Source: Selaginella moellendorffii
Lineage: Eukaryota; Plantae; Lycopodiophyta
Direction of reading: 5' to 3'
NCBI RefSeq assembly: GCF_000143415.4
Contig: NW_003314349.1
Span: 257,172 to 321,171, forward strand
Length of the DNA: 64,000 nt
Positions 50,213 through 63,301 of the stretch are shown one piece after another. Position numbers and translations under genes: made by a program. The notes beneath the pieces were generated by a model. That model ran no database searches, was not told the origin of the DNA, and saw only the letters and a program-made list of their open reading frames with translations. Within the stretch, counting starts at the first letter, position 1; every line of letters starts with the position of its first letter.

Positions 50213-50864
50213 CGTCTTACCGGTGAGCCTCTCCTACTTTGATTGTGATACGTTCGCTACACATCATTACGGTATGAGACGAGATGCTGTAAGACATCGT
50301 TTGCAAACTTACCTGTTCTTAACGAAGTGGCTGCCTCGAATGCACTCCTGCTCCTCTTCAGCCATCACAAATATCCTGTTTTAGTGCACCGCGTGAGGAA
50401 AATGTCTTCACAGATGCCGGGTGGATTTCTGTCCTATTTTTCCAGATCACTTTAGGAGAAACATGGTCAAGGAAACGAGATTTTTTGTCAAGTTTGACAA
50501 ATTCTAAGGATAAGTCGAGAGGTGTCGGCTTGATTATGAAGTCGTAGTCTTTTGTTGACAAGCTTCTTCCTTGCAGAGCATTGAGGCGTGACATGGAAGA
50601 ACTTAATGGGGAGTTACCTTTGGGAAAGACAAGATATGTCTAGAGAGCGGTCCTTGGAATGCCAAATTTCCTGAGAAGAGAAGGACAGACTTCGAATGGG
50701 AAAGTCAAGTCAACACAAGAAAGAAAGTACACAATATTTTACACTCTTAATCTCCTACGAATCTAAGATCTTACCGTGTTACAGTAGCTGAAAGTCCAAG
50801 TCCAACTTGGAGAGCTATAAATCTTACCAAAGTTTTCATGAGAAAGAAGAACTGATATATTATT

Positions 50865-53273
50865 ATGGATGTGGCATGGAAGGATTTGAGTGTGAGCGCG
50901 AGCAATGGACGAGTGTTGCTGGAGAGTATGTGCGGCTATGCCCAGAGCGGCCAAATCACGGCGATCATGGGTCCTTCGGGATCCGGAAAGTCCACCTTGC
51001 TCGATGCGCTTGCTGGTATAGTTTTCCAAGATTGATCTGGGTGCAATAGATTAAAGCTCGAGATTCTTGCATTGTCGTTCATCACAGGTAGATTGGCCAA
51101 GAACGCGAGGCGAGAAGGATCCATTTTTGTCAATGGGAATCTCCAGACGAACATGAGGCATGGGACTGCGGTGTGTATATAAACATTTGATTCTGTGATT
51201 CTCAAACTTTCTGTCGTAGGCCTATGTGAAACAAGAAGATGTTTTGCTAGGAACACTCACTGTCTTGGAGACAATCACTTACTCTGCTCAATTGAGGCTG
51301 CCTCACTCGCTGCCGCGAAGCCAAAAGATGGAGATGGTTGAGAGTGTGATCACTGAGATGGGGCTTGGAGATTGCAAGCATACAGTGGTGGGAGGTTGGT
51401 TCTCGCGTGGATTGAGCGGAGGGGAGAAACGAAGAGTGAGCATTGCTCTGGAGATTCTAACTCAGCCATCTCTTTTGTTCATGGACGAACCAACCAGTGG
51501 TTTAGACAGGTGAATATTTCGGTTTATCGTAATTTTTATTTGATGTTTTTCTTTGCAGTGCATCCGCGTTTTATGTGATTAAAACAATTAAGAACCTCGC
51601 TACTTCAAAACGCACCGTTATTATGTCAATTCACCAGCCAAGTAGCGAAGTGTTTGAGCAGTTTGATAATCTTTGCCTACTATCTCAGGGTGCACTTGTA
51701 TATTTTGGAGATGCCATGGAAGCTAGCACGGTACTTTTCTCAAATCTCATATTCTTTATGGTTTTTATTTTATTTTAGTTCTTCGACAGTGCTGGATTTC
51801 CTTGCCCTCTCCGAAGAAATCCATCAGACCATTATCTTAGAGTTACTAATTCCGATTTTGACAATGTTCAAAACAAGTTTAAGGTATTCATTTGTCTGTT
51901 TTCTAGAGATTTATTTCTTAATAGTCATCTCAATTTGAACAGGAAGATATTGAAACTCAAGAAATAGTTCCAGCTTCTGAAGCAATCAAAGTGCTTACAA
52001 ATGCATTTCAAAATTTGCATTTGAGATCCCTCCACACAAAAGTTGACATTCTTTGTGTGACTAAGGTGAACCTTCTAAACAGTTTGTGTGACACACCTGG
52101 TGCAAAGGTAAATGACTTGATTTTTTAAAATATTATGATTAATAATGGATTAATATTTATAGAATGAATGCATCCAGATGCCTCAAGCAGGAGTTCTCCA
52201 TCAGCTTTCCATGTTAACTAAAAGATCATTTCTAAATATGACAAGAGATATTGGATACTATTGGCTGAGAATCTTTGTGTACTTTATGCTTAGCATCGTT
52301 ATTGGCAGTATATATTTTAATGTCGGCACTAAATACAACTCCATTGCAGTAAGAGAATACCAAAAAAAATTCCTAACCATGGTTAAGCTCTTTTGGTTAT
52401 TTTTAGGCAAGGATTGGCTGTATGGCTTTTATTGGTAAATTTCTTACATTCATGTCAATTGGAGGTTTTCCATCTTTCATTGAAGAGATTAAGGTATGGG
52501 ATAGTTCTAGAATTGTCTTGTTTTCATATCCAGTGCTATTTTCTTCAGGTTTTTAATCATGAGAAACAAAATGGTTACTATGGTCCCATTGTGTTTACTC
52601 TCGCAAACACACTCTCTTCCATGCCTTATCTCCTTCTTATTTCATTGATATCAACAAGTGTGTTTTATAATATGGTTAAACTCCACCCGGGATTTGATCA
52701 CTTCATATTTTTTGTGTTGAACTTATTTGCATCTGTGACTGTGGTGGAGAGCTTGATGATGTGTGTAGCATCAATTGTTCCCAATTTTCTCATGGGAATA
52801 ATTACAGGATCTGGAATCTTGGTAAAATCTCTTTATATTTATTAAACCGTTTCTAATACAATTTTTCAGGGGTTATTCATGCTTGTTGATGGATTTTTTA
52901 AACTTGCTAATGAACTGCCAAAAGGCTTTTGGAAATATCCAATGCATTATATAGCATTTCAAACATATTTACTTCAGGTAAACAAATATTATCTATTTTC
53001 TTGAAATTAAAAAAATTATAACAGGGTCTTTATGAAAATGATTTTCAAGGGCTTGAGTTTGATAATAATGATATTTCTGAAGGAAAGCTATCAGGAACAA
53101 CAGTTCTTAAACAGTATCAAGTAGATCTCTCAAGATCTAAATGGTTGAACTTTATAATCCTGTTAAGCATGATTTTGGTTTATCGAGCAACTTTTATTAC
53201 TATCATCAAACTCACTCAGCTCATAGATGGTAAAACTCTGAGGTTTAGGACCTCTAAGAAAATAAATGCTTAA
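50865..53273 (+). CDS. ABCG half-size transporter, second full copy, 11 exons
   Basis: Close paralog of 16777-19215 with all NBD motifs. Stop TAA at 53271-53273. Confidence 0.92.
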
Positions 53274-55064
53274 AATTAAAAGTATGGCTTCATGAGCTTG
53301 TCATTCACGTTTCACTTGTCATATTTATAAATGATCTTCTAGCATCTTGATGCATTAGTAATCATAATTTTATAAAAAGTTTATGTGTCAAATTGTCTTC
53401 AAACTTCACCTAACTTTTGTGTGGAGCGAGTTCAAATGCAAATTGAAACACAATATGCTTTTGTAAGAAATGCATTTGTAAGCACTTTGATTGGTTCATA
53501 TTATCTTTTGAGTTAGCCAAATGCCTTAGTTATGTAATTAGTGACACCCATGAATGGGATTCCCACTACCCCTATGATTATCTTCTTGTTCAGATTATTA
53601 AGAAAAAAGCTATACAGAAATACCTTAAACACTAAGTAAGGCTTTTTCTGCCTGTACTCATGTTCTTGCCTTATTTGCAAAATAGTGATAAAAAAATAAA
53701 GACGAGAACATAGAAGAAGAAAAGAGAAGAGAAGAAGATAAAAGAGAATAGAATTTAGCCTCAAACCCTAAACGCATGAGTAAGGATAACCATATATCAC
53801 TTTTTTAATTCTACTTTGCACAAACAATCATAAACAGGAGAAATGATGGTTAATTCAATGTAATGCATACAATAGTGAATTGGGGTTGTTTTTTAGCATG
53901 TCAAGTGTTACTTATATAGTAAATGATTTTATAACTGTTCATAATTTTTTCACACTTATCTATGATGAACGTTCTTTAGATTAGGTTTTTTTTTGAATGC
54001 CTAACCTTAAACATAATTCCATTTCACCTAAGCTTCCTTCTTTTGCTCTACTTGAGAAGATATACAAAATAAAACATTTACCTTTTCATCATTCCCCCAC
54101 AACAAAGGTATTACTTGTCCTCAGGTAATCAAATTCTCCAAATCCTGCTCTTGGTTGCTGACCAAGGTCTTCATAGTGACAAACTCAACACTTTGGCATA
54201 GATGGTTGAATTCCTGATGCATGATTTAATTCTCCTAGTTGAGTATAGTAATGCACTGGTCCTGGCGGCTAATGCGCTCTACATTAGTGGTTGAGGACGT
54301 TGGGATTGCACTCTTGAACTCTTGGATTATGTGGCATTGATGATTCTAGTCACCCATGACTCCATCCACTTTCTTAGTGATTGTCTTGAGGTAGCTCAAG
54401 ACTTACATGTGGTACTTCATAGTTTCCTCATCTTCTACCTGCTGCATTGGCTCATCAACTAGCTACTTGCCTCCTTTGATATGTTGAGCAAACTCTTCCA
54501 TGAAGCTTTGGACTATTAGCTGGCTAGGTTGACTTGCAGACTTGTGCACGAAGGCACAGTTAGCCTTGACCTTAAAGTGCTGCTGTAGCGTCTGCTGCTA
54601 CTGTGGCTGCCTCATCTCGCTAGACTTGTTGGCAGAGGGAGTGTCGCTGTCAGATGTATAAGTGGACTAGAGAAAAATTAACCCATACTCCTCCAGTTCA
54701 CTTAGACTCTCTTTTGTAACCTTGTCCTCTTTGTCTCATTTAGTTTCTTGGCTATGATCTTCTTAGCCTACACTCACTTCATTGGGCTACAGCCAATGGT
54801 TTTGCAACATCTGTAGGCCCATTGTGTGTTAAACCTTATGGCTTAAGTTCTAAAATTTCTTCCACAACTTTGGCATCCATCATTCACCTAGTGTTGTCCA
54901 TTTGTACTCGTCACTTCTTTAATTCTTGAAGAGATTTATGTAGGCATTAGAGTTGTCTCTATATACATAGATGAGTTGCAACTTTATTTCCGATATGGGC
55001 ATGGCGTTTTATCACCATACTTGCTACGTCTAGCTTTTTTGCAGCATATTTGACTACTGGATTT

Positions 55065-56150
55065 CTACGGAATGAACCCTGGAGGTCTCATAGTTTGGAT
55101 TTTTGGATTCAGGTAGTGTTCCCTTTTAAAGGGAGAATTTTCCTTGCTTAAATTTGTATCATTAGGATTCTCCTCCGCTTCTACATCCCTCGCTATCTCC
55201 CTCAGAGGAGATACTGAAGATGGTGGCTCAATGGCAAGATGCGGTATGGGATCCACTTGAGTGGTGTAATGTTCATAGATGCGCCACAAAAAGATGAAAA
55301 TTCTTATTTTCACTTGCCTTCCCTTGCTTACCTATAAGGCAATATTTTTCATTTCAGCCACAAATCCATTGTAAGTGAAATGAGTTATGTTTATTTGCCA
55401 TCCAGTCTCGATAACTTCCAATAAACAGGCTATTTTAATGCTACTATTTTGTGCAATTGTCTTCCCATTGATGATGGCACACAACACTTTAAACTTAGCA
55501 TAATAGTTAGGCTTAAAGTAAGTGAAGTTGCCTCCTCGTCTGGATGTGTAATTTGAGAGGACATCTTGTTTGGGTATGTGATCCTTCTTGCTCATCGTGA
55601 TTATTTTGCTCTCGTTGTCTAGGTGAAAAATCTGAGCAAACTGGGTGAGTCTAAAGGGATGGACTCGCCCGTAGAAAAGAAAAATATGCTCCTTTGGGTA
55701 CCACTTCTTTATAAGCTCGATCCCCAACTTGACCGTTATTTCTCCTTCGAGCAGTTTTGCATAGGTAAGTAACCTAAAAGCATTAAGCCAAAACTTCTTA
55801 TAAGGAGAAAGCACAAGCTCCCTAGGTTGAGATTTGTAAGCGAAACACTCAATGTTAGGCAACCAAGAGACGGAGTGTGGTGCTAATGTAGGTGCCCAAA
55901 AGAGATTTTGCGTCAACGGTGCAAGAGTGGAGTCAACGACTTGTGGCAATGGCATGAGGACAAATCTGCTCGACCCAATAGGCAGCGACAATAACGTTTG
56001 CTCTTGCGCAGCCTTAAGCGGCATTTGAGTTGCCATACATTGCTTCAGAGCTAAACTTGGAATATCAATGCCTCTTGGCGAAGGTGTAAGCGTAGATTGA
56101 GTGAGAGGGAAAGAGTGAGAGAGAAAAAAAAGCTCCCTAGCCACCTCCAA
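55065..56150 (-). pseudogene. Extra ORF between integrase and 3' LTR (plant-transposon-protein / env-position ORF)
   Basis: 272-aa plus 82-aa frames in the same sense as pol. Only loose resemblance to plant transposon accessory domains. Confidence 0.4.
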
Positions 56151-58570
56151 GTTACTTAAGTTGCCTTTTCGTTAGCCTTAAGATTTATCTTTTTGCCTTT
56201 GTTTGTTTTTGTATGCAAATGTATTGTGGAATTTTTTTTTCCTTGTTGGCTTAGTAATCTCTACTCATCAATCCTCATGGTTTATTGGCAGAGTTTATAG
56301 AATGGGGCAAGAAAAATGTAAACATTACTTTTAGAGTATTTCCCCTTTATTTCTTTTTTTTAAGTATTGTATTGCCTAAAGAAAATTTCTATAAACCATT
56401 CTAGCAAGATTTTGAAGGAAGGCCTGCTCCAAAAAAAGAAATATCTATCTAATGTATCCCTTGATTTCTTTTTTTGGAACATTCATGTGAAAAAAAGCAC
56501 TTAGATATATGAGGGTTTCTCTAGCATAAAGATGAATCTTTCCCAAGGGATATTTATTTTCCCTTTGTTCTAAATGAATAGATAAGCTTCTCAAAAAAGA
56601 TTACTCCTTTCCAATTCCCTTTATGGGAAGATAAAAAAAACTTGGAAATAAGATCTTGAGTGATCTTAATATCCCTTCTATCTATTTTAAAAACCAATTT
56701 TATAAGATCCCATAATTGAAGAATCAATTTGCCTTCCTATAGTTCTACAAAGTTTAATGTCACTTTGTAGAATTTTTCTAGACCTCTATCCTTCATCCAG
56801 TTGGCCATTTTATTTATGCATTTAGGTAGTTCATCATGATGAATCCCTACAAGGGCTTCATCTACGAGCTTATCCATAGTTTTGTACCCTAAGATATAAA
56901 TAATATTTATGTTTATATCTTCATGATACTTCCTTAAACAATTTAAATTTATTATTGTAGTACCGTCCCTGTTTAAAGTGTGCACTTCAATCGTTCCTAG
57001 AGCTGATATATTAGACAAAATAAATAGACTATTCCATTTTCTCTTGAATTTATTTCCAAGAGCATTTATTTTGCCTTGATATTAAAGGACTTTATCTCTT
57101 GATTTAAGCTCGTAAGAAATTTATAATTGTCTACCATGCCTAGTTTTTTTGGCTTTTTGAATTACATGCAAGGTTCAAATTGCTCTAAGTTTAAGTTTGT
57201 CTAAATTTTTTATTTTGGCAAGTCTTTGCTTCTTTTTCATGTAAGCCATTTTTAATTGCAATATGTAAAGAAGAAATTATAAATTCCATAAGCATTAAAG
57301 TTTTCTGGCTATAAGTGAGATGAAATGGTGTCATGCATATGGATACTATATATGTAGTCTTATAAGCCCACAAAGCATCTAGAATTTTTCTCATCCTAGT
57401 CTTTTTGATTATTTTTTACAAATTTTCAGGATATTCTTAAGTACTTTGTTAGTAGATTTAATCTGACCATTCCCTTGTAAGTAATATGGCATGGACTTTT
57501 TATGCATAAGGATGAATTCTTATATAAAACTTTTTATTGTTTCATTGATGAAATTTGTGCCTTTATCTGTGACAATTTCCTTCAGTAAACTAAATCTTAC
57601 AATGATATTTTCATATAGGAATTTGGATGTGTTAGCAGCTAAGGTTTATTTCATAAGCATACCTTCTACCCATTTAGTCACATAATCAGTGGCGAATAAA
57701 ATGCATTTGTTCTTCTTATTACTTGTACTATAGGACTAACAAAATCTAATTTCTATTTGTGAAATGCTTTATATGGATATATAGGATTTAGTTTGTGAAT
57801 TTACTTTTTAGGTGGGAGTTTATGCATTTGGCAAATTGCCATTTTTGCAAAAAATTGTTGTATCTTTCCAAAGTGTAGGCCACCACAACCCTATTTGTAA
57901 GACTTTCTTAACAGTGATTTCAATTGGAAAATGGCTTTTTGATGGGCTTGAGTGAGCTTCCCTTAAGATTTCATTTCGTTCTTTGTGCCTATTAACATAT
58001 TTCTTTAGTGTTTCATTGATGTTTAATTTATATAGGCGCTCTCCCACGACAGAGTAATGTCATGTCCTCAAAACAAACAATTTCTTTTTTTTACTAAATT
58101 ATAGTAAGGTGGAATTATGCCTATAGAGAGATAAATTTGTATATCTTCCAACCAAATGGTGGGTAAAGAGATTGCAAATAAATGAGCATTTGGGAGTTTG
58201 TCAACCTTAGTATTAAGTGACTTTCATGTAGTGATGTAGTTTAGGCAATCGGATTGTTCATAAAAATTTTCAGGTCTATATAATATTTCAAGATTATATT
58301 CTTGTAATAGTAAAAACCATCTAGTTAGTTGAGTAGATATGCACAACTTGTTGATAAGATATAAGAAAGCTTTATGGTCAACAAAGACAATTACTTTTGT
58401 TACTAAAGATAATGTCTAAATTTTTGTAAAGCGTAAACTACGTCTAAGCCTTTTTTTTTTTCAGTTGTTATATAGTTATACTCAATAGAATTTAAGCATC
58501 TGCTGACATAGTAATCACCTTGTCTCTGGGATAATATTGCACATATGGCCATATTATAAGTATCCACCTG

Positions 58571-58764
58571 TATAAACTGCTGAGTTTGGACTTCCTAGGA
58601 GGTCACCTAGCCCAATACTATTCAAATTCAAAAACATTTAACCCCAAATATCCTAATATCCTTAACCAATTGGAAAAAGGGGTGCACTCTTGTTCATGGG
58701 CCTTTTCCCTCTATATTTAAACCCTATGGATCGTCTCTCGAGTAGTTCCCTTTGGTTGCTTACA
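58571..58764 (-). mobile_element. Cassandra-like solo LTR inserted at the Gypsy RT/RNase H region
   Basis: Homolog of 63107-63301. Flanks acctg/acttg form a TSD with one mismatch. It splits EFHLQ|VDT. Confidence 0.82.
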
Positions 58765-61391
58765 ACTTGTAGGTGAAATTCCTTTGTCTAGTCAAGCTTA
58801 ATAAGTATATATGCTTATTTGAGGCATTATTTAAGCCTTAAAAATACTTTTAAACAATTTTTGTTCCATATAAATGGAGATCTTTCTTTAAAAGATTAGT
58901 AAATGGCTTTGTAATTTTTGCATAAGCTTTTATAAATTGCTTGTGATAGCCAACTTTGCCTAGAAAGCAACGGAGACTTTTTAAGTTGTGTGGTGGAGAC
59001 ATTGTCTTAATATCTTGTCTTTGTCTACAAGAAAACCTTCCTTGCATACAATATAACCTAAAAGTATGCCTGAATTTACAAAAAAAATACATTTCTCTAG
59101 ATTAAGAAATGTATTTTTTTGTAAATTCGGGCATACATTTCATTAGAAATACTATGTTCTCTGCATTTTTGAAAATATTTTTGCAAAAAAACTAAATGTT
59201 CCTTTCTAAAGTTGAAGACACTAAAATCATCCATGAAAACTCTCATGAAATCAATGAAATACTCTCTAAATGTGTTCATAACAACTCTTTGAAATGTAAA
59301 TAAAGCATTGCATAAGCTAAAAGGCATTTTGCAATAGGTATAAGTTCCCTATAGACTTATAAAAATTGTTTTGTGTTAATCTTCAGATGTTACTTCCATC
59401 TGATTATAGCCAAAGAATTCATTTAAAAATGAATACATCTCATAACTTACTACTGAGTTTGTGAGTGCTTGGAATATGGAAAGGGAATATAGAAAGTGTG
59501 CATATCAATTAGCCCAAAAACCCTAGCTTATATACAAGAGTGAATGGTCCGAATTGAAACCAATCTGACTACTACCAAAATCTCACTATGCTAATTTTAG
59601 TATATGGCATTGTAGCCATACACTTGGCCCTCACATCATCCCCTCCTCTTGTAGACGGGCCGGGATCTAGAGGAATGTCAGGAGGAGGCATCGGTGGATC
59701 TGTAGGTGGTATTAACTGCTCCTGATCCCTTTGTATGAAGTGCTTCAACTGTTGCACATGCATAATCTCTAGAGGATCAACTTGTTGGACGTCATGCCGT
59801 ACCTCATAAACTTGTGGTCCAACTTGCTGCAACACCCGATACGGTCCTTTCCACTGTGCAAGAAGCCTTTAGATAAACCACGTACCGTAAGATGGGGAAA
59901 ACAGACTAACACCAAATCATCCACTTTGTACTCAGTAGGTGAACAATGATGGGAGTTGTAGCGCCGTTGTTGTCCCACTTGTATGCGGCCTAAGTGTTCA
60001 ATAGACTTTGCTCAGACAAGTGGAAGAATGCTCGTCAAATACTGATCCCATGACCTAGCATTGGCAGCTCGTGGCAATCGCGAAGGTAAACCCAGCTCTG
60101 TTGGTAATAATGGATCATGACCATATAAGATTTTATATGGTAAAGCACCAATAGAACTCTGCACCCTATGACATATGCATACCGAAGAGATGACAAATAA
60201 CCATCCCAATCCAAATGCTGAAAGTTCACATACTTCGCAATCATTCCTTTGAATGTCTGAACAAGCCATTTCGCTAGACTGTCTGATTGTGGATGATAAA
60301 CACTTGTGAAAGTGTGGCGTATCCCCAACCAAGACGTCAAAACATGAAATGCCTCAGCCATAAATGTGGGACCATTATCCGAAAGAATCCGCTCTGAACA
60401 AGAATGCTAGAACACCACTTGATTGAGGAGGAAAGTATCCAACAGCAATTGCAAAGGCACTAGCAAGAGTACCAACTTCCACCCAACGAGTCAAGTAATC
60501 AAAACCAATAATAACATACTCATTGCTAGCAATCGACCGTGGAAAAGGTCCCATAAGATCAAATGCCACCAACTCAAACAGACGGAAACTATAATTGACT
60601 CCAACCATCCTTTTGTGGCACAAGGGGGAGCTTACGAGCTTGGCACCAAACGCAACTATGTATATGCTGCATAACATCATGTCGCATCTTCAGCCAATAG
60701 AAAGACCTGCGCAGCTTCTCGACTATATGACAATGTCCTATATGCCCACCTAGAATAGGAGAATTATGGTAGACATGGAGAAACTACGGAATAAAGACAG
60801 AAAGCACCACCAACCGTAAATGATTATCAAGATCTGTCCCCACAAAATAAAGAAGGCCATCTTCAAAGCGATATTGAGAATGTAAATGCCGGAAAGGCAA
60901 GTCATCAATAAGTGATGCAGGATTCTCAAACCCATCTTGAAGTCTTCGTATCCACTACTCTAGCTTTTGAGCTTCGCGAACTTCATCAAGAGAAGGTAGA
61001 TCCTACTCTACACCTTGCAGACACTGAATGTCAAGTATAGCAATCGTCGATGGCACAAAATCCTCATCTAAAAAATCCATAAACGCTGGAACAACAGGTT
61101 CGTCAAAAACATGAGAAGAAAGAGGAGAAGGAAGAGGAGCTCAAGAAAGGGCATCAACATCAGTCATAAAACTCCCAAGGCGACGAACAATATCAAAATC
61201 ATATATCTAAAACTTCAAAGCCCACCGAGTAGTATGACCAACTAGGTTCTTTTGCTTCAATAATGAAGTAACGGCAGCATGATCACCTTCAAGTAATCCT
61301 CGACCCCCATGTAGATATGCATGAAGTTTCTCGAAACCCCAAAAAGCTGCTAAACACTCCTCATCTATTGTGGAGTAATTCACCTCTCCTG

Positions 61392-62087
61392 NNNNNNNNN
61401 NNNNNNNNNNNNNNNNNNNNNNNNNNNNNNNNNNNNNNNNNNNNNNNNNNNNNNNNNNNNNNNNNNNNNNNNNNNNNNNNNNNNNNNNNNNNNNNNNNNN
61501 NNNNNNNNNNNNNNNNNNNNNNNNNNNNNNNNNNNNNNNNNNNNNNNNNNNNNNNNNNNNNNNNNNNNNNNNNNNNNNNNNNNNNNNNNNNNNNNNNNNN
61601 NNNNNNNNNNNNNNNNNNNNNNNNNNNNNNNNNNNNNNNNNNNNNNNNNNNNNNNNNNNNNNNNNNNNNNNNNNNNNNNNNNNNNNNNNNNNNNNNNNNN
61701 NNNNNNNNNNNNNNNNNNNNNNNNNNNNNNNNNNNNNNNNNNNNNNNNNNNNNNNNNNNNNNNNNNNNNNNNNNNNNNNNNNNNNNNNNNNNNNNNNNNN
61801 NNNNNNNNNNNNNNNNNNNNNNNNNNNNNNNNNNNNNNNNNNNNNNNNNNNNNNNNNNNNNNNNNNNNNNNNNNNNNNNNNNNNNNNNNNNNNNNNNNNN
61901 NNNNNNNNNNNNNNNNNNNNNNNNNNNNNNNNNNNNNNNNNNNNNNNNNNNNNNNNNNNNNNNNNNNNNNNNNNNNNNNNNNNNNNNNNNNNNNNNNNNN
62001 NNNNNNNNNNNNNNNNNNNNNNNNNNNNNNNNNNNNNNNNNNNNNNNNNNNNNNNNNNNNNNNNNNNNNNNNNNNNNNNNNNNNNNN
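61392..62087. other. Assembly gap (N run)
   Basis: 696 consecutive N. Confidence 1.
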
Positions 62088-63106
62088 CCCAAGATAAATC
62101 GTGTCCTTGGACCCAAACACGCATTTCGGCCCCTTCAGCTTTAAACAAACGTCCCGTAGCTGATCCAACACTTTACACACATCATGAATGTGCTCCTCCC
62201 ACGTCCCCTCCGAGTGAATCAAGACATCATCAATGAAGTTTGTAGTCACCTCTGGCATATCACAAAGAACCTCGTCCATCATCCGCTGGAAAATTGCTGG
62301 AGCATTGTTCAAACCAAACGGCATCACCAAGAACTCGTACAAACCAAACGATATACGAAAAGCAGTTTTAGGAATATCTTCTTTGGCCATCAATACTTGC
62401 CAGTACCCAGAAGCAAAATCTAACTTAGTGAACTAACTACTTTGCCCCAGACGATCCAAGAGATCAACAGTGTGAAGAAGAGGGTACACATTCGAGATTG
62501 TCACTTCATTTAACAGATGATAGTCGATGTAGAAATGAATACTCCCATTAGGTTTCATCACAAGATAAAGTTCATATGCCCAAAGACTTCACAACTTCCG
62601 AATAACACCCTTCTCTAACATCTCTTTGACGTTTGCATGTAAAATCTTGATCTCTTTGAGTGACTAACGACAAATAAGAACCTTGATTGGACGCGCATCC
62701 CCGGTTGGAATAGGATGACATGTGGCAATCTTAGCCCCATATAATATATCAAATTCAAAGAGATCAAAATACTCCTTCATGAGCTGGTTAACCACTGCAA
62801 CACAAAGATTGTTGGAGGGATCAGAAAAGGAAAGAGCAGAGCAAGATGGAAACATAGGAGAAAGGAGTGGGGGGACAAAAGTAATGGAAACAGAGGTAGA
62901 AGTAAAGGGACGAAGAGGTATTGAAGTGAGAGGAATGGGTGAAATATAAGGTAGGATGAGACAAGGGGGAGAAGCCTCAAAGTCACATTTGGCATGATTG
63001 TGTTGGAACCAATCTATACCAGGGATGAGGTCAAAAGCTTGACTTGGCACCACCCACAATAACTACAACCTAAGCTCGAAATTACCCACATGCACAATTA
63101 GGTTCG

Positions 63107-63301
63107 TGTAAGCTCCTGAGTTTGGACTTCTCGGGAGGTCACCCATCCCAGTACTATTCAAACCCAAGGACGCTTAACCCCAAATATCCCAAGACCCTTA
63201 ACCGATTGGAAAAGGGGGTGCACTCTTGTTCATGGGCCCTTTCCCTCTATATTTGAACCCCTATGGACCGTCTCTCGAATCGTTCCCTTTGGTTGCTTAC
63301 A
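63107..63301 (-). mobile_element. Cassandra-like solo LTR (195 bp) with 5S rRNA internal-promoter segment; TSD GTTCG
   Basis: TGTAAGC...GCTTACA termini. GTTCG at 63102-63106 and 63302-63306. Reverse complement of 63124-63178 is gttaagcgtccttggg...tagtactgggatgggtgacctcccgagaagtcc, the 5S box A to box C region. Confidence 0.9.

Larger units (their letters stand above)
53633..59459 (-). mobile_element. Decayed Gypsy 3' half (RT, RNase H, integrase, extra downstream ORF, PPT, 3' LTR 53633-54091)
   Basis: GYNQM...HKT...MPFSLCNA...FMDDFSVF, FLGKVGYHKQFIKAYAKI, LQIGLWWPTLWKD, ALWAYKTTY...TPFHLTY. PPT tgggggaa precedes the LTR TGATG at 54091. AACAC flank at 53628-53632. Confidence 0.85.

Noticed and set aside
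61207-62393. 250-340 aa ORFs
   Set aside because: They span the N gap. Only the flanking RT and RNase H residues are real.
63124-63178. 5S rRNA gene
   Set aside because: Only the central ~55 bp matches, and it is embedded in a TG...CA LTR with a TSD. It is a Cassandra-type domain, not rDNA.
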